A stretch of 64,000 nt of DNA, taken from the NCBI GenBank assembly GCA_964188305.1, contig OZ076887.1. One strand, given 5' to 3'. The notes below the pieces were generated by a model. That model was not told where the DNA came from. It was given only the letters and a program-made list of their open reading frames with translations, and did not search any database. The position numbers were made by a program, and so were the translations under genes. Shown one piece after another: positions 25,185 to 39,393 of the stretch (position 1 is its first letter; each line of letters starts with the position of its first letter). This DNA is from Podarcis bocagei (lineage: Eukaryota).

Positions 25185-25964
25185 CCTTGGAGGGTGGAGA
25201 GTGAGCACATAGGAAAGAGTCCCACCTTAAGGATACAGAGCAAGGGGACAGCTCTTAAAACCTTCCCATGCGGCAAGAGTATTTCTGCTTGTCTTCAGGG
25301 TCAAACAAGATGGAGCTAGTCTGCTCCATCCAATTTACCATGCACATGGTGCCAAAGGTGATGTTATGTCACAGAGTGCTGTTTGTAGCTCACAGCTATG
25401 GGAAATGATAGGGATCAATCTGGCAGTATCGGTTCCCTTGTCAGCGCAAGATTTTTTCAACAAGATAAATGATCAATCATATGAGAATGAACATGGAAGT
25501 AGTTGTGTTGCCACTCCACACTAGAAAAGTAGGGAGATGAGAGATTGCCTGTTTGTTCTTTAGTCTTCCAAAAATGTTCTGCTGTTCCAAATGTCCAAAC
25601 AATGGATGTCATGGAGTCGTTGGTCCAGTTTAGGTCCTTACCTAGGCCAAAGATCCCATTATTTCATGCTCTGAAATAATGTGTGTTGTGGATGCTCCAC
25701 AAATTCCTATGTACATTTTGATGCTTGGTTTGTGTGATTCATACCTTTCCAGGAAAAAAAAAGGGGGTGATATGCCAGTCTTCAGCTCTTCATGCATATC
25801 ACCATCTGCATGGAGCAGTCATGCCACACATTATGAGAGTGATGTGTATTGAGGACAGAATCTTAATCCCAGCTAAGTGTCTGTACACAAATATTTGTAA
25901 GAACATCTTCCATATTGGCCTATCTATGTTTCGAAACCAGCAAATCAGAGTGAAGTATGTGGTG

Positions 25965-26308
25965 TGGAGGGCTGAGGGAGGGCTTTCAGTGGTGGCTCCT
26001 CACATGTGGAACTCCTTTCTTGAGGTGTATCTGGCCCTATCTTTTTATAGTTTTAGCCAGTTGCCTAAGACATACCATTTCAGTGGGCATTTGGAGGAGG
26101 AGATATTTTGTTAGGCAAAAGGATTAGCTGTTGCTGCTACTATTAGTAAATAGTTATTTGGTGAATTATGAGTTGTGCTGTTGTTACTTTTAAGGACTGT
26201 GTGACTTTATAGATATTATATATTCTTTTTAACTTATTTGATTTAGTTGTAAACCACCCTATTGCTTGTACCAAAGGAGGTATATAAATTATCTGCATAA
26301 ATAATAAA
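25965..26308 (+). mobile_element. Old L2 LINE 3' end
   Basis: GGGCTTTCAGTGGTGGCTCCTCACATGTGGAACTCC (the SVVAPHMWNS motif) and a GTTGTAAACCACCC...GGTATATAAAT...AATAAA tail. Confidence 0.65.
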
Positions 26309-26724
26309 CCACTTAACTTGTGTGACTTAAATTACTTCAGTATTTCAGAAGATACACCATTGCCTTCTCCAACCAACCTTATATCATTCACATGTTCTCT
26401 TTGTATTCAGTTTCACAATATTTTTCCTTTTTTGTTGGAATAATGTCTGCTATTCAGATTACTACTATTTGAGGGAATAGGCACTTTTCCTGTCATTTGA
26501 AATCCTCATTTCTTCTCTCCCTAATGGTAACTGTATAAGTCATTACTGGTTGCTTCAGATTTATTGAAGTGAATTGAAACTACTTATGGCACTTTTAAAT
26601 AAATCCATATTGTTTGTCAAATGTGGAAGAGCAAAGGAATCTATTAGGTGGAGAGAATGTATGCGTTGTTTGTTTGGGATTAAATGTGCTATATATACGT
26701 TCCTGAGGCGCATGTGTGAAGAAC

Positions 26725-26930
26725 ACACCTGATAACAGTTTCTTCAATGGAGTCCAGGAAGATTCCCTTATAGAGGGAAGCATGCACCACCCCACGAAGC
26801 CCATTGCCCAGCCCTGCATGGCTTGATTTTATGAGCTTAGAACAGGTAAGGATCAAGGAGACAGATGGCCCAAGCAGCCTGTCCACACCCTCGGTGGTAA
26901 CAGGTTGAAACTGATCCCATACAACTCTCA
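26725..26930 (-). mobile_element. L2 LINE ORF2 internal fragment (frameshifted)
   Basis: Minus-strand frames give VWDQFQPVTTEGVDRLLG / CLLDP / LIKSSHAGLGNGLRGVVHASL / GIFLDSIEETVIR, resembling the pre-RT region of L2. Confidence 0.75.
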
Positions 26931-27343
26931 CTATAAAAGGGATTGTGTGGAGTTTTGATCCTTGTAGAGTGCAGAGCTAAAAAATGGGGATTATGGACGG
27001 AGGCCCAATCCCCACTTCCAAAGAAAGCTATTGGACCCATTTGTATGCAGTTTGGCAGTTTTCTCACTCTCATGCCTGCAATTTCCAGACCAGTTACCCA
27101 CAAAACACTGTGGAGATGACGCAATTCCTTGTTCACTTGCCCCAGAACTATAATAGCTACACTTGCAAGAAAACCACTGCAGCCATCCTTCTGAAATTTG
27201 GTGGCGTTCTTTCCCATAAAAAAATTACTTTGCCTATAAATGTCATTCAGTTGTGGTCAAAAATAATTTAAAAAGTTGGATGGAAAATGCATTTTAGCTG
27301 TGTCTAGTACAAAAGTCCTATGACCCATTTGTCTGTAATTTTG

Positions 27344-29083
27344 TTTTTTGTTTTTAAATAATATTTATTAAGAGTTTAAAAATTACAAAAAGAAAAAGAG
27401 AGTTAAACAAAGCAAAACAATACAATACAATACATAAAAAACAAAAAAACCGCTGCTTATCTTAACAATACAAAAACAAAAACAAAAACAGAAACAATTA
27501 AAAACACATCCAATATTTCCATATCTTGTCTTTCATTTACTTGTTTCGACGACCTCCTCACACCTCCCTTTTTTGTATTCTAGTTCAGTTAGCTATTTCA
27601 GAAAATCCTTTCCATCTTTCTCAATTTTTGTCCTATAATTTATCTTATCACAATCTAACCTTATTTTTTTCCCCTTTGGCCCATTAACAGTCTATTTTTA
27701 CTTAATTCTTTATAACATTTCTGCTAAAGCCATATAACTTCATTCCAGCATCCTTCTAACATTCATTAATTCTGTAAATAATCTTTAATTTTTTTTCCAA
27801 TCTTCTTCCACCGACTCTTCTCCCTGGTCTCGGATTCTGCCAGTCATTTCCGCCAGTTCCATGTAGTCCATCAACTTCATCTGCCATTCTTCCCGGGTGG
27901 GTAAATCTTGTGTCTTCCAATACTTTGCGATAAGTATTCTTGCTGCTGTTGTAGCATACATAAAAAAAGTTCTATCCTTCTTTGTCACCAATTGGCCGAC
28001 CATGCCCAGGAGAAAGGCCTCTGGTTTCTTCAGGAAGGTGTATTTAAATACCTTTTTCATTTCATTATAGATCATCTCCCAGAATGTCTTAATCCTTGGG
28101 CACGTCCATCAAAGGTGAAAGAATGTACCTTCAGTCTCTTTACATTTCTAACATTTATTATCAGGCAGATGGTAAATTTTTGCAAGCTTGACTGGTGTCA
28201 CGTACCACCTATAAATCATTTTCATTAAATTCTCTCTTAAGGCATTACATGCCGTAAACTTCATACCTGTGGTCCATAACTGTTCCCAGTCAGCCATCAT
28301 AATGTTGTGTCCAACATCTTGTGCCCATTTAATCATAACAGATTTCACCGTTTCATCCTGAGTGTTCCATTTCAACAGCAAGTTATACATTCTTGATAAA
28401 TTCTTAATTTTGGGGTCTAACAATTCTGTTTCCAATTTTGATTTTTCCACCTGGAAGCCAATTTTTTTATCCAAATTATATGCCTCCATTATTTGGTAAT
28501 AATGGAGCCAGTCTCGCACTTTGTTTTTTAATTTTTCAAAGCTCTGCAGTTTTATTCTGTCTCCCTCTTGTTCCAGAATTTCCCAATATTTCGGCCATTT
28601 GGCCTCCATATTGAGTTTTTTCTGAGCCTTCACTTCCATTGGGGTTTTATTTTCTAACAAGTCCTTATATCTTATCCAGACATTAAACAATGCTTTTCTA
28701 ACAATATGGTTTTTAAACGCTTTATGTGCTTTAACCTTGTCATACCACAAATATGCATGCCAACCAAATACATTGTTGAAACCTTCTAAATCCAGCACAT
28801 CAGTGTTTTCAAGAAGCAGCCACTCTCTCAGCCAGCAAAAAGTGGCTGATTCATAATAAAGTTTAAGGTCTGGCAGGGCAAATCCACCTCTTTCTTTAGC
28901 ATCAGTTAATATCTTAAATTTTATACGAGGCTTCTTGCCCTGCCAGACGAATCTGGAAATATCTCTCTGCCACTTCTTGAAACAGTCCCTTTTGTCCAAG
29001 ATTTGCAACGTTTGGAACAAAAACAGCATCCTTGGCAGTACGTTCATTTTTATCGCAGCAATTCGGCCTAACAGTGATAACTT
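27344..29083 (-). mobile_element. 5'-truncated L1-clade LINE (ORF2 C-terminal part, 3' UTR, A-rich tail) with 37-bp TSD
   Basis: ORF2 motifs LSLLGRIAAIKMNVLPRMLFLFQ, FVWQGKKPRI and GGFALPDLKLYY, and the C-terminal CxxC...HxxxxC. AATAAA on the minus strand at 27364-27369. Identical 37-mer at 27307-27343 and 29084-29120. Confidence 0.95.
27785..29083 (-). pseudogene. L1 ORF2 remnant, one reading frame with two in-frame stops (28148-28150, 28109-28111)
   Basis: The 328-aa and 96-aa ORFs join in frame through NKC*KCKETEGTFFHL*WTCPRIKTFWEMIYNEM. The first 17 aa of the 328-aa ORF come from the TSD and flank. Confidence 0.9.
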
Positions 29084-32000
29084 GTACAAAAGTCCTATGA
29101 CCCATTTGTCTGTAATTTTGAAGGCTCCACCCACTCAACGGGGGCAGGGGGTAGGGTATGCCTACAAATTCCAACAACTTCTATCAAATGGGTTCGGGGG
29201 AGAAAGGTTGTAGTAATTTTTAAATTTTCCAATCGTGAAATGGGATGGGAGGAACAGAGGGGACTGGAACTCCATATTGAATCAGGCAGCCTCCAAGTTA
29301 TTCCAAGCTGAAGCAGGTTGTTTTTCAAGGCACCAACTTGGCGTGCAAACTGAATCTTGTGCTCGATGCACACCCCTAATATATATACTAATCTGTGAAC
29401 ATTAATTGGTTCAGCAATGATCGTTCAACACATTTTGTACTGCAAAAGAAGACCCGACAAAGGATATTTCACTGAATATACCTTTTGACAGATTGCCCTA
29501 CTGTTCCTGTTGAGTCGATACAGACTCTTAAGTCTGAACCAGAGAACAAAGTTAATTATGTACTAGGTGGGAATTTTCAAAGGGCCCCAGAGGGCTTATG
29601 TTTCTCAGAAATTAGATACCTCTTTAAAATCCCAGCTTTTGTTCTTCACAGTCATGAGCAATAGTTCAGAAATAGGCCTTCAAAATCAGCCTTTTTTGAG
29701 CCATAAAAATACAAGGAAACCTTCAGGAAACTCAATACTTGAAACTCCTAGTTCTTTAACCATTTTCAGTCTCCTATGAAGCCCTATTACAATGCAATAC
29801 TATGTAAATGGCACTTCCATTCATTCAAACCTCTGATTATTTGTATGCTTGGCATACCTCATGAGCTGCTGAAATCAATGTAGTTGTACCCTAGTTAATT
29901 GCATTGTGAAGTGACAGTGTTCCCTGCACTGTCAATCATAAGGCTCCCCTGACTTCAGTGATACAGTCTCTGGTTTTTTTAAGGAAAAAACTGCAGTAGC
30001 TGAACATGAGATGGTAGAAAACATGGTATAAACTGCAGCTCTCTGTATGTTGATGCATTATCTAATAAACTGACAACAGTGACCAGAATATATGCATTTT
30101 GGACAATATGGAGACTAGTTCCAGCACTGAGACTAGAATTAAGTTGTCTGTATCTACTAAATGATTACCTGTTGCCCACAAAACTATAAACTTTCTGTCT
30201 GAAGTAATAACCATTTCATGTCTTCCATTTCTGAGTAATAAGCCTTTTTTTTAACCTTCCAGCGTGGACAGATTCTTTATTAGACATAGGGGTTCACCTT
30301 ACACATGCATTTTCAAAGAGTGTACGTCCTGGATCCATGCAAAAGCTTCCGTTCGTCTCAGTAAGGTCTATACACATGGCGCACACATATGTGGGTTCAG
30401 ACATACGCCTTGTAACATCCCATTCACAAGCTGCATTCATACCCTTATCAGAGACACAGCTCCTCAGCATTCCACCACTTACTTGGAAGTCAGATTAATT
30501 TACATCTCTTCTCCACCAATCTCTGACCTAGGAACAAGCTCATCCACAATCAGTTGCCCATGGGGGAGTGGTCTTGGCCTCATTGCACCCTGAAGGAGAG
30601 ACCCAAAGGAGTAGTGCTACTTTGGCGTTTCCCCTTCTGGGTCTGGCACGCCACCTGCTATCTCTCTCCACTGTCAATGGCAGCCTCCAAACAAATATGA
30701 CCCCCTCCCCCCCAAAAACCAGCCACAAGTGTCTCAAAGCTTTTACTCTTCATGGGTGGGGCTTTTTGGCCAAACCATCCTGACTCCTGCAAAAGGCTGC
30801 TGTTCTGCAGATGCAGCAGAAAAGGGTTGAGGAGGCTAAGATAGTACCACTCAGCTAAGGCCTGCTTGGCTAAGGAAGGGCAGCCCATTTTTTGCCAATT
30901 CCTCAATCCCAGTTTTGTCTCCATGCCCCCCAAATCTTGAGGGTTGGCGTATCCTTTGGAATATCGTGGGATATGACTTAGAATGCTGGTAGGAGGGGTT
31001 AATGAAAATGGGTTGCTTCCCTTGCATAGGCAGAACAGGTGCAAAATGCATTTTTGGAGATAGATATAGATACAAGCAAATGTATTAATATCAGTAATGC
31101 AGAATCTCAGTGGACCCCTGAAGCCAGAATTCCTTAACTCAAGGACATATTGGGCAATCTACTTTGTTGTTTTATTTTATTTTTGAAAAGGCTTTCCTTT
31201 AACTCTGATTATCAATAGTTGGTCATAGCAATCCTTTATTCTCCAAACAAGAAATGATTAAAATGTGGAAGTAGCTTGACAATGCAACATAATAGGTTTA
31301 AATTAAGAAACACGGTATGAAAAAGATAAGAAAAATCATTAGCAATTACACATTGTTAAGCAGCAGCAGTCTAGGATATATCTTCTTACACTGTCAACTA
31401 ATTGACTGGAAAACTTTTATTGAAATAAAGAGTCAGAAGGCATTTTAAAATTGCTGTTCTGTAAGTACGATGATGTTGATTTTTTATGATGATGTTGATT
31501 TTTTTAAAAAATGCAATAGAAATATGTTTTCTTTACAATGTGGAATGGAAAACAATACACAAACCTTATGCTTATCATGCTGCTGAGTTCATTGCTGGGT
31601 TTTATTTTGACCACAGTATAATCATGAGCATCTGGTTACGTTGTTCAAATTATTTTTATAATTAAATGTAAAGAGACATTTCCCTGTCTACAACATTGCA
31701 TTAAACAAGCATTAGATTAATGATGATATAAATCCCGCTAGATTGACAGAGGACTTAGAGTTTACTCTTTTAAATGAAATGCAAACTCATTATCTGAAAA
31801 CTACACTACACACACACACACACACGAGAAAATTATCAGTGGGCTTAGGCGAAGGTATTCACAATAAAAAATCTGAAGGGGTGGGGACAAAATTCAAAGG
31901 CTGCTCAATGAGGACTGAGCATGCTCAGTGGGAATGGACTGCATCCTACACTTCCCAAGATTTTCCATGACTGTTACGAGTGGTATAATAGTGCTGTAAA

Positions 32001-34079
32001 TGTAGGTGCTTTAAATGTAGATGTGACCTCACTGTTGGGAGAGATGGAAAGCCAGGGGAAGGTGAAAAGGATATCTTGAAAGGGGGCATGACTGGCTCAG
32101 GGGTGCAATTCTTCAGGAGCATTCCATGCCGCTACATATTTTCTCACTGAGTCTGTCTATCATCACAATTTACTAGATTTTAACTTATTTTGTTTGTAAG
32201 AATTAACACACGATGACAAAAAATATGGGTCCTAATAAATAGAAATGCACTAAAAGTATGAACCTGCAGTCACAGTAAACTATAAAGAAGATATCTTTAA
32301 GATGTGCATCCAGTGGCATGTAACTGTGCATAAATTGTTTAACATGTATGAATCCAGAGAAAGGAAACAACCGAGTATTTGGGGAATCAAAACGACATTT
32401 CCTGCACATGTGGTGGGAATGCTGAAAGGCAAAATAAATAGGTGGGATAAATAGGAAGAGTGTAACAGTATTAATTGCAGAAATAGTTCAGGTTAGCACA
32501 TACTATGTGTTGCATTCGCAAAGTAAAGGAAGGATTGGACCCTGATTAAAAATCAAGACACGAGGCTTTGACCAGCAAGGCTCTCGGAGAAAAGTGCGTA
32601 AACCACACCCCTCACCAGGCCATTTTATTAGCAAAAGAATCTTTTGCACAGTGCTCGTAAGAACCAATCATATTTCCTCTGAGCATTTGATCAAACCCAC
32701 GTGGGGAGAAAGTTAAACTACTAAAACTAATTAAGCACAAATATTTCTGGGGTAAACAAAGAACAGAACTACAAAGAAGAGCATCTGGCAACCCCGGAGG
32801 TAATAAACAATCAATACATATGATAAGGAGGATGGCCAGGAGGACAGTGACCATTATCCCCTTAATGTGAGATCTGTTTCCTGGCCCTAAGATTAACATC
32901 CTACATCAGAGAAACTTGCCCACTATCTTTATGGCCCAGGATGCATGCCTGGCAAAGCAGTTGCTGTGTACGTGACATGTGAGGAGAGAGAAATGGGCAG
33001 TAGAGGGAAAAGGGCATCAAAAGGGCATGAATGTAGAATCTTATGGGATTTAATCAGAAACTATCATCAATATATCAAAGCCAGTCAACACAATGTCTTC
33101 ATCGTGGACACGATGGCTTGATGTATATTCTATAATTCCTCATGGTAATCCCATCTGACCCCTACACTATGAGACCTAATGACATTTTTGCTGCACTATA
33201 TAAGAAATGAGAATTAACAAGTATTGCATGTGTTTACAATAGCTACAGTTTTCTTTGCCAAAAACATGAGAAAACATAGAAAGCCAAGCAAGAAGGATTT
33301 GCTAAAGAGAATCTGGGAACAATTGGAGTTAATAAAATATATTTCTTTAATTAGGACTGCATATAAATATGAACTTACTGTAAAAAAAGGGATATAGTAA
33401 TTAGTTATTTGGATGAAAATTAGAATTAGAAAAAGTTGGAAATGAATATATGATGTCATGAATGGTACTGTACTTTCTTACCATGCAGTCCTAATCATGC
33501 CTACCTACCCAGAAATACAGTAAGTCATAGTGAATTCAATGGGGTTTCTCCTGGGTAAATAGGATTAGCATTTTTACCATAAATTAGTAAGGTTTTTTTA
33601 GTGACTAGTAATTTTATGACAGATATTATCAAATCATATAATTCTGCTTCCCTTTTGAATAATGATAAAAATTTAAGTAATAAAAAAAGAAATTCACTAA
33701 AATATGAACAATCCATGAAAAGAATGATACTCAGAGAATTCCTAACTGTCAGAATGACTTAAAACCATCACTGTGGGTGAATCAATGCCAGATGTTCAGA
33801 AATAAAAATTGAATATTTTTCTAGGTCTAAAGAAAAAGAGTCTTCAGTTCACAGTCTAATTCTTGTAGACATGTCCTAAATACTCAAAGGGACAACACAG
33901 AAGTTGTTCCAGATTAAGCAGTTTGTCAAGTTACAATCAGAGTTAGTAAACACTATGCTAATGATACAGGCCTCCTTGAAGATGGTGACTTGAAGATGGG
34001 AATGCAGTTTCTTGTAAATCTGACATTTGCTAATTTTCTTCTGAGGCTTCATGTTTCCTAAGTCTGAGTCACAACAGAT

Positions 34080-34240
34080 GTGTGGCCATGGTTAAAGTGT
34101 TGGACCACAACATGGGAGACAAGAGTCCAAATACACACTTAGCCATAAAGATTACTTGATGACCTTGGGCCACCCCTCATGGTCTCCCAGCCTAACCTAT
34201 CTCAAAGGGTTAAAAGAAGATAATAAGGAGAGGGCAAGCC
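34080..34240 (+). mobile_element. CORE/MIR-like SINE, degenerate
   Basis: TGGTTAAAGTGTTGGAC...GGGAGAC head, then GATGACCTTGGGCCA...CTCCCAGCCTAACCTATCTCAAAGGGTT core. Confidence 0.65.
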
Positions 34241-36894
34241 ATTAGTCGGTTGTTCTGAGGAGAATCGGTCAATCTCCTATCTGAAGCACCAAACTGTGAA
34301 CTGTTTTTCTGTGTACTCCCTGGTAAATACTTGGCTAGTTGGCAAAGTGGTTGCCTCATCAAATGCAGCATCGGAAGGTTTGCTTTCCTGCCGTCAAAAT
34401 AATTTTCAGAATGCTATGAGGCAAGTATCTTTTACCCACACATCAGTGATTCATACTCTGAAAACATATTTGAGATGGTGCAATGAAGCCATCAGATGAC
34501 AGCTTCTTTACCAGCCAGCCAGATGCAATGTGCTAAGTTTTCAGTTGTGTGAATCAGCCATTACAATATGCTAGAACCCCTACAAGAGGTTAAATTTCAA
34601 AAAGCAACAAATTATCAAGTAGGCTGTGATTGAAGCAATTACTTGAAGGCAGAAGGTAATGATTCATAGGCTTCATGTAAAAAAAAAACATGGGGGGGGG
34701 GAGAAGTATTGTTCCATCTGGCAAGCTGGAATGCCTGTTCAGATGGAACGGTTGGAAGAATGTAATGTTGAATCGCACCCAATTGCTATAATTTAAATGA
34801 AAATACATATCATAGAGGTGAAGTGACTGAAGACTGTGACCAGCAATTTGTGTGCCCATTCAGCCTACTCTCCAAGTGCTGGCTGTTGGTGGGTTGGGTG
34901 AGTTCAAGGCTATTCCTTGGACTTCTTAAAATTCCATATCTTTAAACTAGACTTGGAACAGACAGTGTCTGAAATAAATGAGTCTTTCAACTGTTCCGTG
35001 AAACCCTTCAAAAAGAAGATTAAAGTAGCCCACCCTAAAGGCAATGGTATACGGCTTTTCAGGGTGTGATATATACACCTTTTGGCCCTCTCTAGCTACA
35101 GATCATTAGGGTTGTATCCAATTCTACTTAGAGTAGACTCATTGAAAGTGCTGGACCTAACGCAGCCATTCAATTAATTTCAATAGGTCTACTCTGAGAT
35201 GGATAGAGCACAAAATTGGGAGAAAGTTGGAAATAGTCCTCCATGTGCATATTCCTAGTTGGATCACGTTTAGAAGTAAGTGGAGCTCACATATTCTTGT
35301 CAGATAATTAGCAACAGCGCCAGTCTGTTTGGGAGGGGAAATGAGGACGTTCTCCTCACCAGTTCATTTATTAGGACTGTAGCACATGGTTGGATGGCCA
35401 CCAATGCTTATACTCAATTTAAAGGCAAATGTGAGATTGGCACAGGTGGTGATCTACATAATGGTTTCACTCTCCCACGTGGAATGATTTTCATTCCATT
35501 TGTCTCTCAATGGAAAGAGAACCTTTGTTTTGCTTTCCATTGAGAACTTATAATAACAGTGCTAGAGAATTAAGTGGGTCAGATGACTTAGTTGCTAAGG
35601 AAACCTATCTACAATAAAGGCAAACACAAAGAGGTGGGAATGTTCATGAGTGCTAATTTACCAAAATATGAATACTAATTGTCCTTGATTTGGGGAAATT
35701 GATTCCATCTCCTTGTTCTATGGATTACAAACATATTTGTAAAGCATTTTGTTTGCCTCTTTTAAAGACTTCACAGACACTGTCCAGCAGGCTCTCCTGT
35801 AAGCATACATTTTGTTTGACTGACATGAAGCCATTTGAAATCAGGCATTTGAAACCAATGTTAACTAAGCATGTGAGGGGGGCACAGCTCCCAATAGTCA
35901 TTGAATGGCAGTTTTGTGAAACCAGGAGTCTCCTTTACTTCTGAAGGTTCCACACTCATTTTGAAACCCTTAATTAAATGATAGTAGCAAACCAGCAGTT
36001 GCATTCATCCCCAAAGTGTTCCCTCAAAGCCTAAAGCTGCCCATTTATTTCACATTTCTCTCTCACAAGTGTTGTGAGCATCAGGTTATTATTCTTAATG
36101 CAGCAAGGCCAGAAGAGTGAGGTGACCATCTTAGGTGCCCAACAGAGAGTGAAGCAGGGTGATCTATCTATCATCATACACTACTTCAATCGAAAGCTGA
36201 TCATTGAAGCATAGTGTTTATCTGTTTAACAGCAGGTTTGATTATTCATAACCAGTTTCAAGTCAAACAGCTCTGGACTATAGAGACTGCCATTCACTAC
36301 ACAGACTGTCATTTAACAGTCCTCTCCAAATCAGGATGGTTTTCGGATTGTGTACCATGAGAATAGAGTGCACCTACAAATATGCCTGAGAGAAGGAAAT
36401 CTAAGACTTGGAAGTTTCTGTCTTCTGCCTAATTCAGAAATTGTGGCCTGAAAAGTCTAACAGTTGTCACTACTGCTCCATAAGACACACACATCATATT
36501 TCATTCCATGTATTTCACAAAGGAGACATGTCCCATTACTACAGGATCCATGCATTTCACTACCTAAAGGTCTTCACTGTAAAATGATCTCCTGTTTTAA
36601 TTGGGACATAATATAACCCACATGCATACAGTGCAAGTTCAGCCATGCCCGTGACTGATACGCTACGTTTTTGAGGGGTTCAGTCTCTGAGTTGAAGGTG
36701 AGAACCAGCATATGTAGTCATTCATTCAATTCATGCTTACATGTGTAGTGCATAATGTTTGAACAGCCCTATTTGTGAAAGTGTTCTGACAGTGACCAAA
36801 GCCCTTGGTCCAGAGCCCTGAGGCCCACTGATAGTGCAATCACAAGGATGCAACATTTTATTGGGTTAGGGTTAGGATTAACCCTAGCATTTTT

Positions 36895-37280
36895 GTCAAA
36901 TCTGGTTTTTCTCAGGTTCTTATTTTTTGCACCCTTAAGTTCATTTCGCCACATTCCCACATTAGTTTGTTTTCACTTTTTCAGGAGATCCTGAAAATTA
37001 ACCAGCATTTAGTGTAAATTTCTCCTAATATATATTTTTGTATGCAGTTCTGTCTAATAGACACATTTCTTGCAAAGCAATTTCCCGTAATACTAATTTC
37101 AATGATTTTTTAAAAACGCATACTTAATCTAGTATATGCATTTTTGTAAACATTTTGTGGCTGAGAACTGCATTGCAACATTCAGAGCACTGCGAATTTC
37201 AAAGGAGAGTTGTGTTTTGGATTGCATCTTGCTTCAGAAAGTGTTGATAAGATAGCTTCATCTTCAAATGCAGCATCCTT
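36895..37280 (+). mobile_element. Second copy of the 1860-2235 MITE family
   Basis: Collinear shared blocks AAGCAATTTCCCGTAATAC, TATATGCATTTTTGTAAAC, GAACTGCATTGCAA, TTCAGAAAG and end CATCCTTA. Confidence 0.7.
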
Positions 37281-38784
37281 AAATGGAACAGATAATTACT
37301 TCTTCCAATAGCTTTATCAGAACATTTGTGCTGGAACACCTTGCCAAGGGTAACCTGAATAGCCCCATATCTAATGAGCACCCACCAGCAGACAAATATT
37401 GATTATTGACTGATTGACTGAGGCCTTGGTCCACAATTTGACTTGTAAATATTGCTGTTTTATGGGACTTGATGTTACATGGTTGTTGTTTTGAAAATGT
37501 ATTTTATAGCTATTGTATCCAATTTAATTATATCTTATTGTACCAGTATTATTATTTTTAGCTGTCTTGAGCACCGTGTGGCCAAAATGTGGGATAAAAT
37601 ATTTAAAAATGAATCATCAGATTAGTTAATTAAAGTCTTTTAGACTAAAAAGTATGCAAGAAAAAGCGATCATTCTAAATAGTATAGAATACCAACATCA
37701 GACAAAAGACCAAAGGTGAATGATACATTGACAGAAACTGTAAAATAATCAGTACTCATAAACTGTACAATCTGTCTTTTAAAGAATATTAAGACTGAGT
37801 CCAGATTATGGTGATCTCTAAGAGACTACAGTGTATAGAAAATACTCACTGTGTAGCAAATTAGCTATTGTTTCTATTTGAAGTATCAGCTCTCTACTAC
37901 AAAGACTTGGTACTTTAAATCTTTTATTCGTTCTCCTTTGAGCAGTGTTCACACAGAAGCTATGGAGACTGGCAACACAGTGATTGAAGCATGTACAGTT
38001 GGAGTGCTTTGGGTAATTTGGAGTGCATTTGGGCTGTAGCTTCTACCACAGATTAGTTGAAGTGGTAATGACTCCCAATTCACACGAATATTTTGATTGC
38101 TTTGAAAAGAAGCTGTCAGAACGTTTGCAGTCCAGTTTCTATAAGAGAATAAAAGGTAGTCAGTTTGACAGATATGAAAATAATATAGACTCTCAACAGG
38201 ACTGGCACAAGAATAAAGAATATAGAAATGCATGCAGGCTAACGCAGCCAGGAGTCTCCCAGCAAGATGACAGAGCAGGTAGCCACTGGGGAAGTTCAGA
38301 GAAGGAAAAAGAGGTTAGAAAAGACAGGGGAATGATTCAAGACTACATGGCCAAATGTAAAAGAGAGCAGGGTCCCTGAACCTTTAACTGTCATGCTGAC
38401 AAGGGAATTTTAGCTTGCCCTGTCCTCTTTTGCATCTGCCCACCCTAAAGAAGAGGATAGTGATGAGGCACTAAAGAAATGTTGTATCACTTGAGATTAG
38501 GAGAACCTTGTAAGCTACTGGAGACAAGGGACAGAAGCATGCAGGCAAGGCTGACTAAGAGACAGGGGGCTAAAGGTAGAAGACCAAAGTAAACAGTGGC
38601 CTAAAAAGCAGGTATATGAGAAAACCATGGATGGTGGAGCAAAGTTGAAGAAAGAGGATTAGGAAAGTAAGAGTTGGGGTAAAACTACATGTGGGAACAA
38701 GGCTGGATTTGTCAGGAAGTAAATAGGTAAAGGATGGGGGAGGGGGCAGAGAACAAAGGGAGCCCAACACGGCTGACTCTAAAG

Positions 38785-38891
38785 CAGGCGTTTCCAACCC
38801 GGTGAAGATGTTCTGGACTACAACTCCCATAATCCTGATTGTTGGACAGTATAGAGTATAAAACTTGAGGGCACCAGCTTTGGAAAAGCAG
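38785..38891. mobile_element. hAT MITE (10102 family), internally deleted
   Basis: AGATGTTCTGGACTACAACTCCCATAATCC; flanks CTCTAAAG / GTCTAGAG (6/8). Confidence 0.65.
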
Positions 38892-39361
38892 GTCTAGAGG
38901 CTAAATCGTGACAGGGAGATTTTTCAAGCAGCATCCTCAACCTGAATTGCTTCCATTGAGAAATCTAGAAGTGAGTTGCAATATAATAAAAACATATATA
39001 AAACAGATACATGTATACATAAAAACCAATTCAAACCCAATATAGATAGCAACTGCAATATGACTACAGCAGTATGACTGGGCTACCCTAAGAGGCCAAT
39101 GAGGTTCAAGAAACGGTGGAGCTGGTGGCTGAGTGAAATTCATATATTGATTAGGCTGCAGGCATCTATTTTAAAGCATCACAGTTAAAAAAAATATGAC
39201 CTGAATAGAGGCATGGCAGTATAAGGGATGGTAGGCATTGCACACACGGGCTAGGTGCCCCCTCAGAGCATTTGATTTGAACAGCACTGAATGAATCTTA
39301 TCAGTTCCTAAAACTTTCAAGGCCTCCTATTCTGGCAATCTGCTTATAATGCGTTGTTGTT

Positions 39362-39393
39362 TCTCTCTCTCTCTCTGTCTCTCTCTCTCTCTC
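39362..39393. repeat. (TC)n microsatellite, one interruption
   Basis: Direct reading. Confidence 0.95.

Noticed and set aside
28148-29134. 328-aa ORF as a host gene
   Set aside because: It is an L1 ORF2 fragment. Its start lies in flanking DNA and it ends at a premature stop.
36861-36887. Head-to-head telomeric repeat (TTAGGG...TAACCCTA) as a chromosome-fusion scar
   Set aside because: Only two to three imperfect units, at a MITE edge; too short to distinguish from chance.
38023-38379. 118-aa charged ORF
   Set aside because: Purine-rich composition explains the open frame; no motif or convincing splice boundaries.
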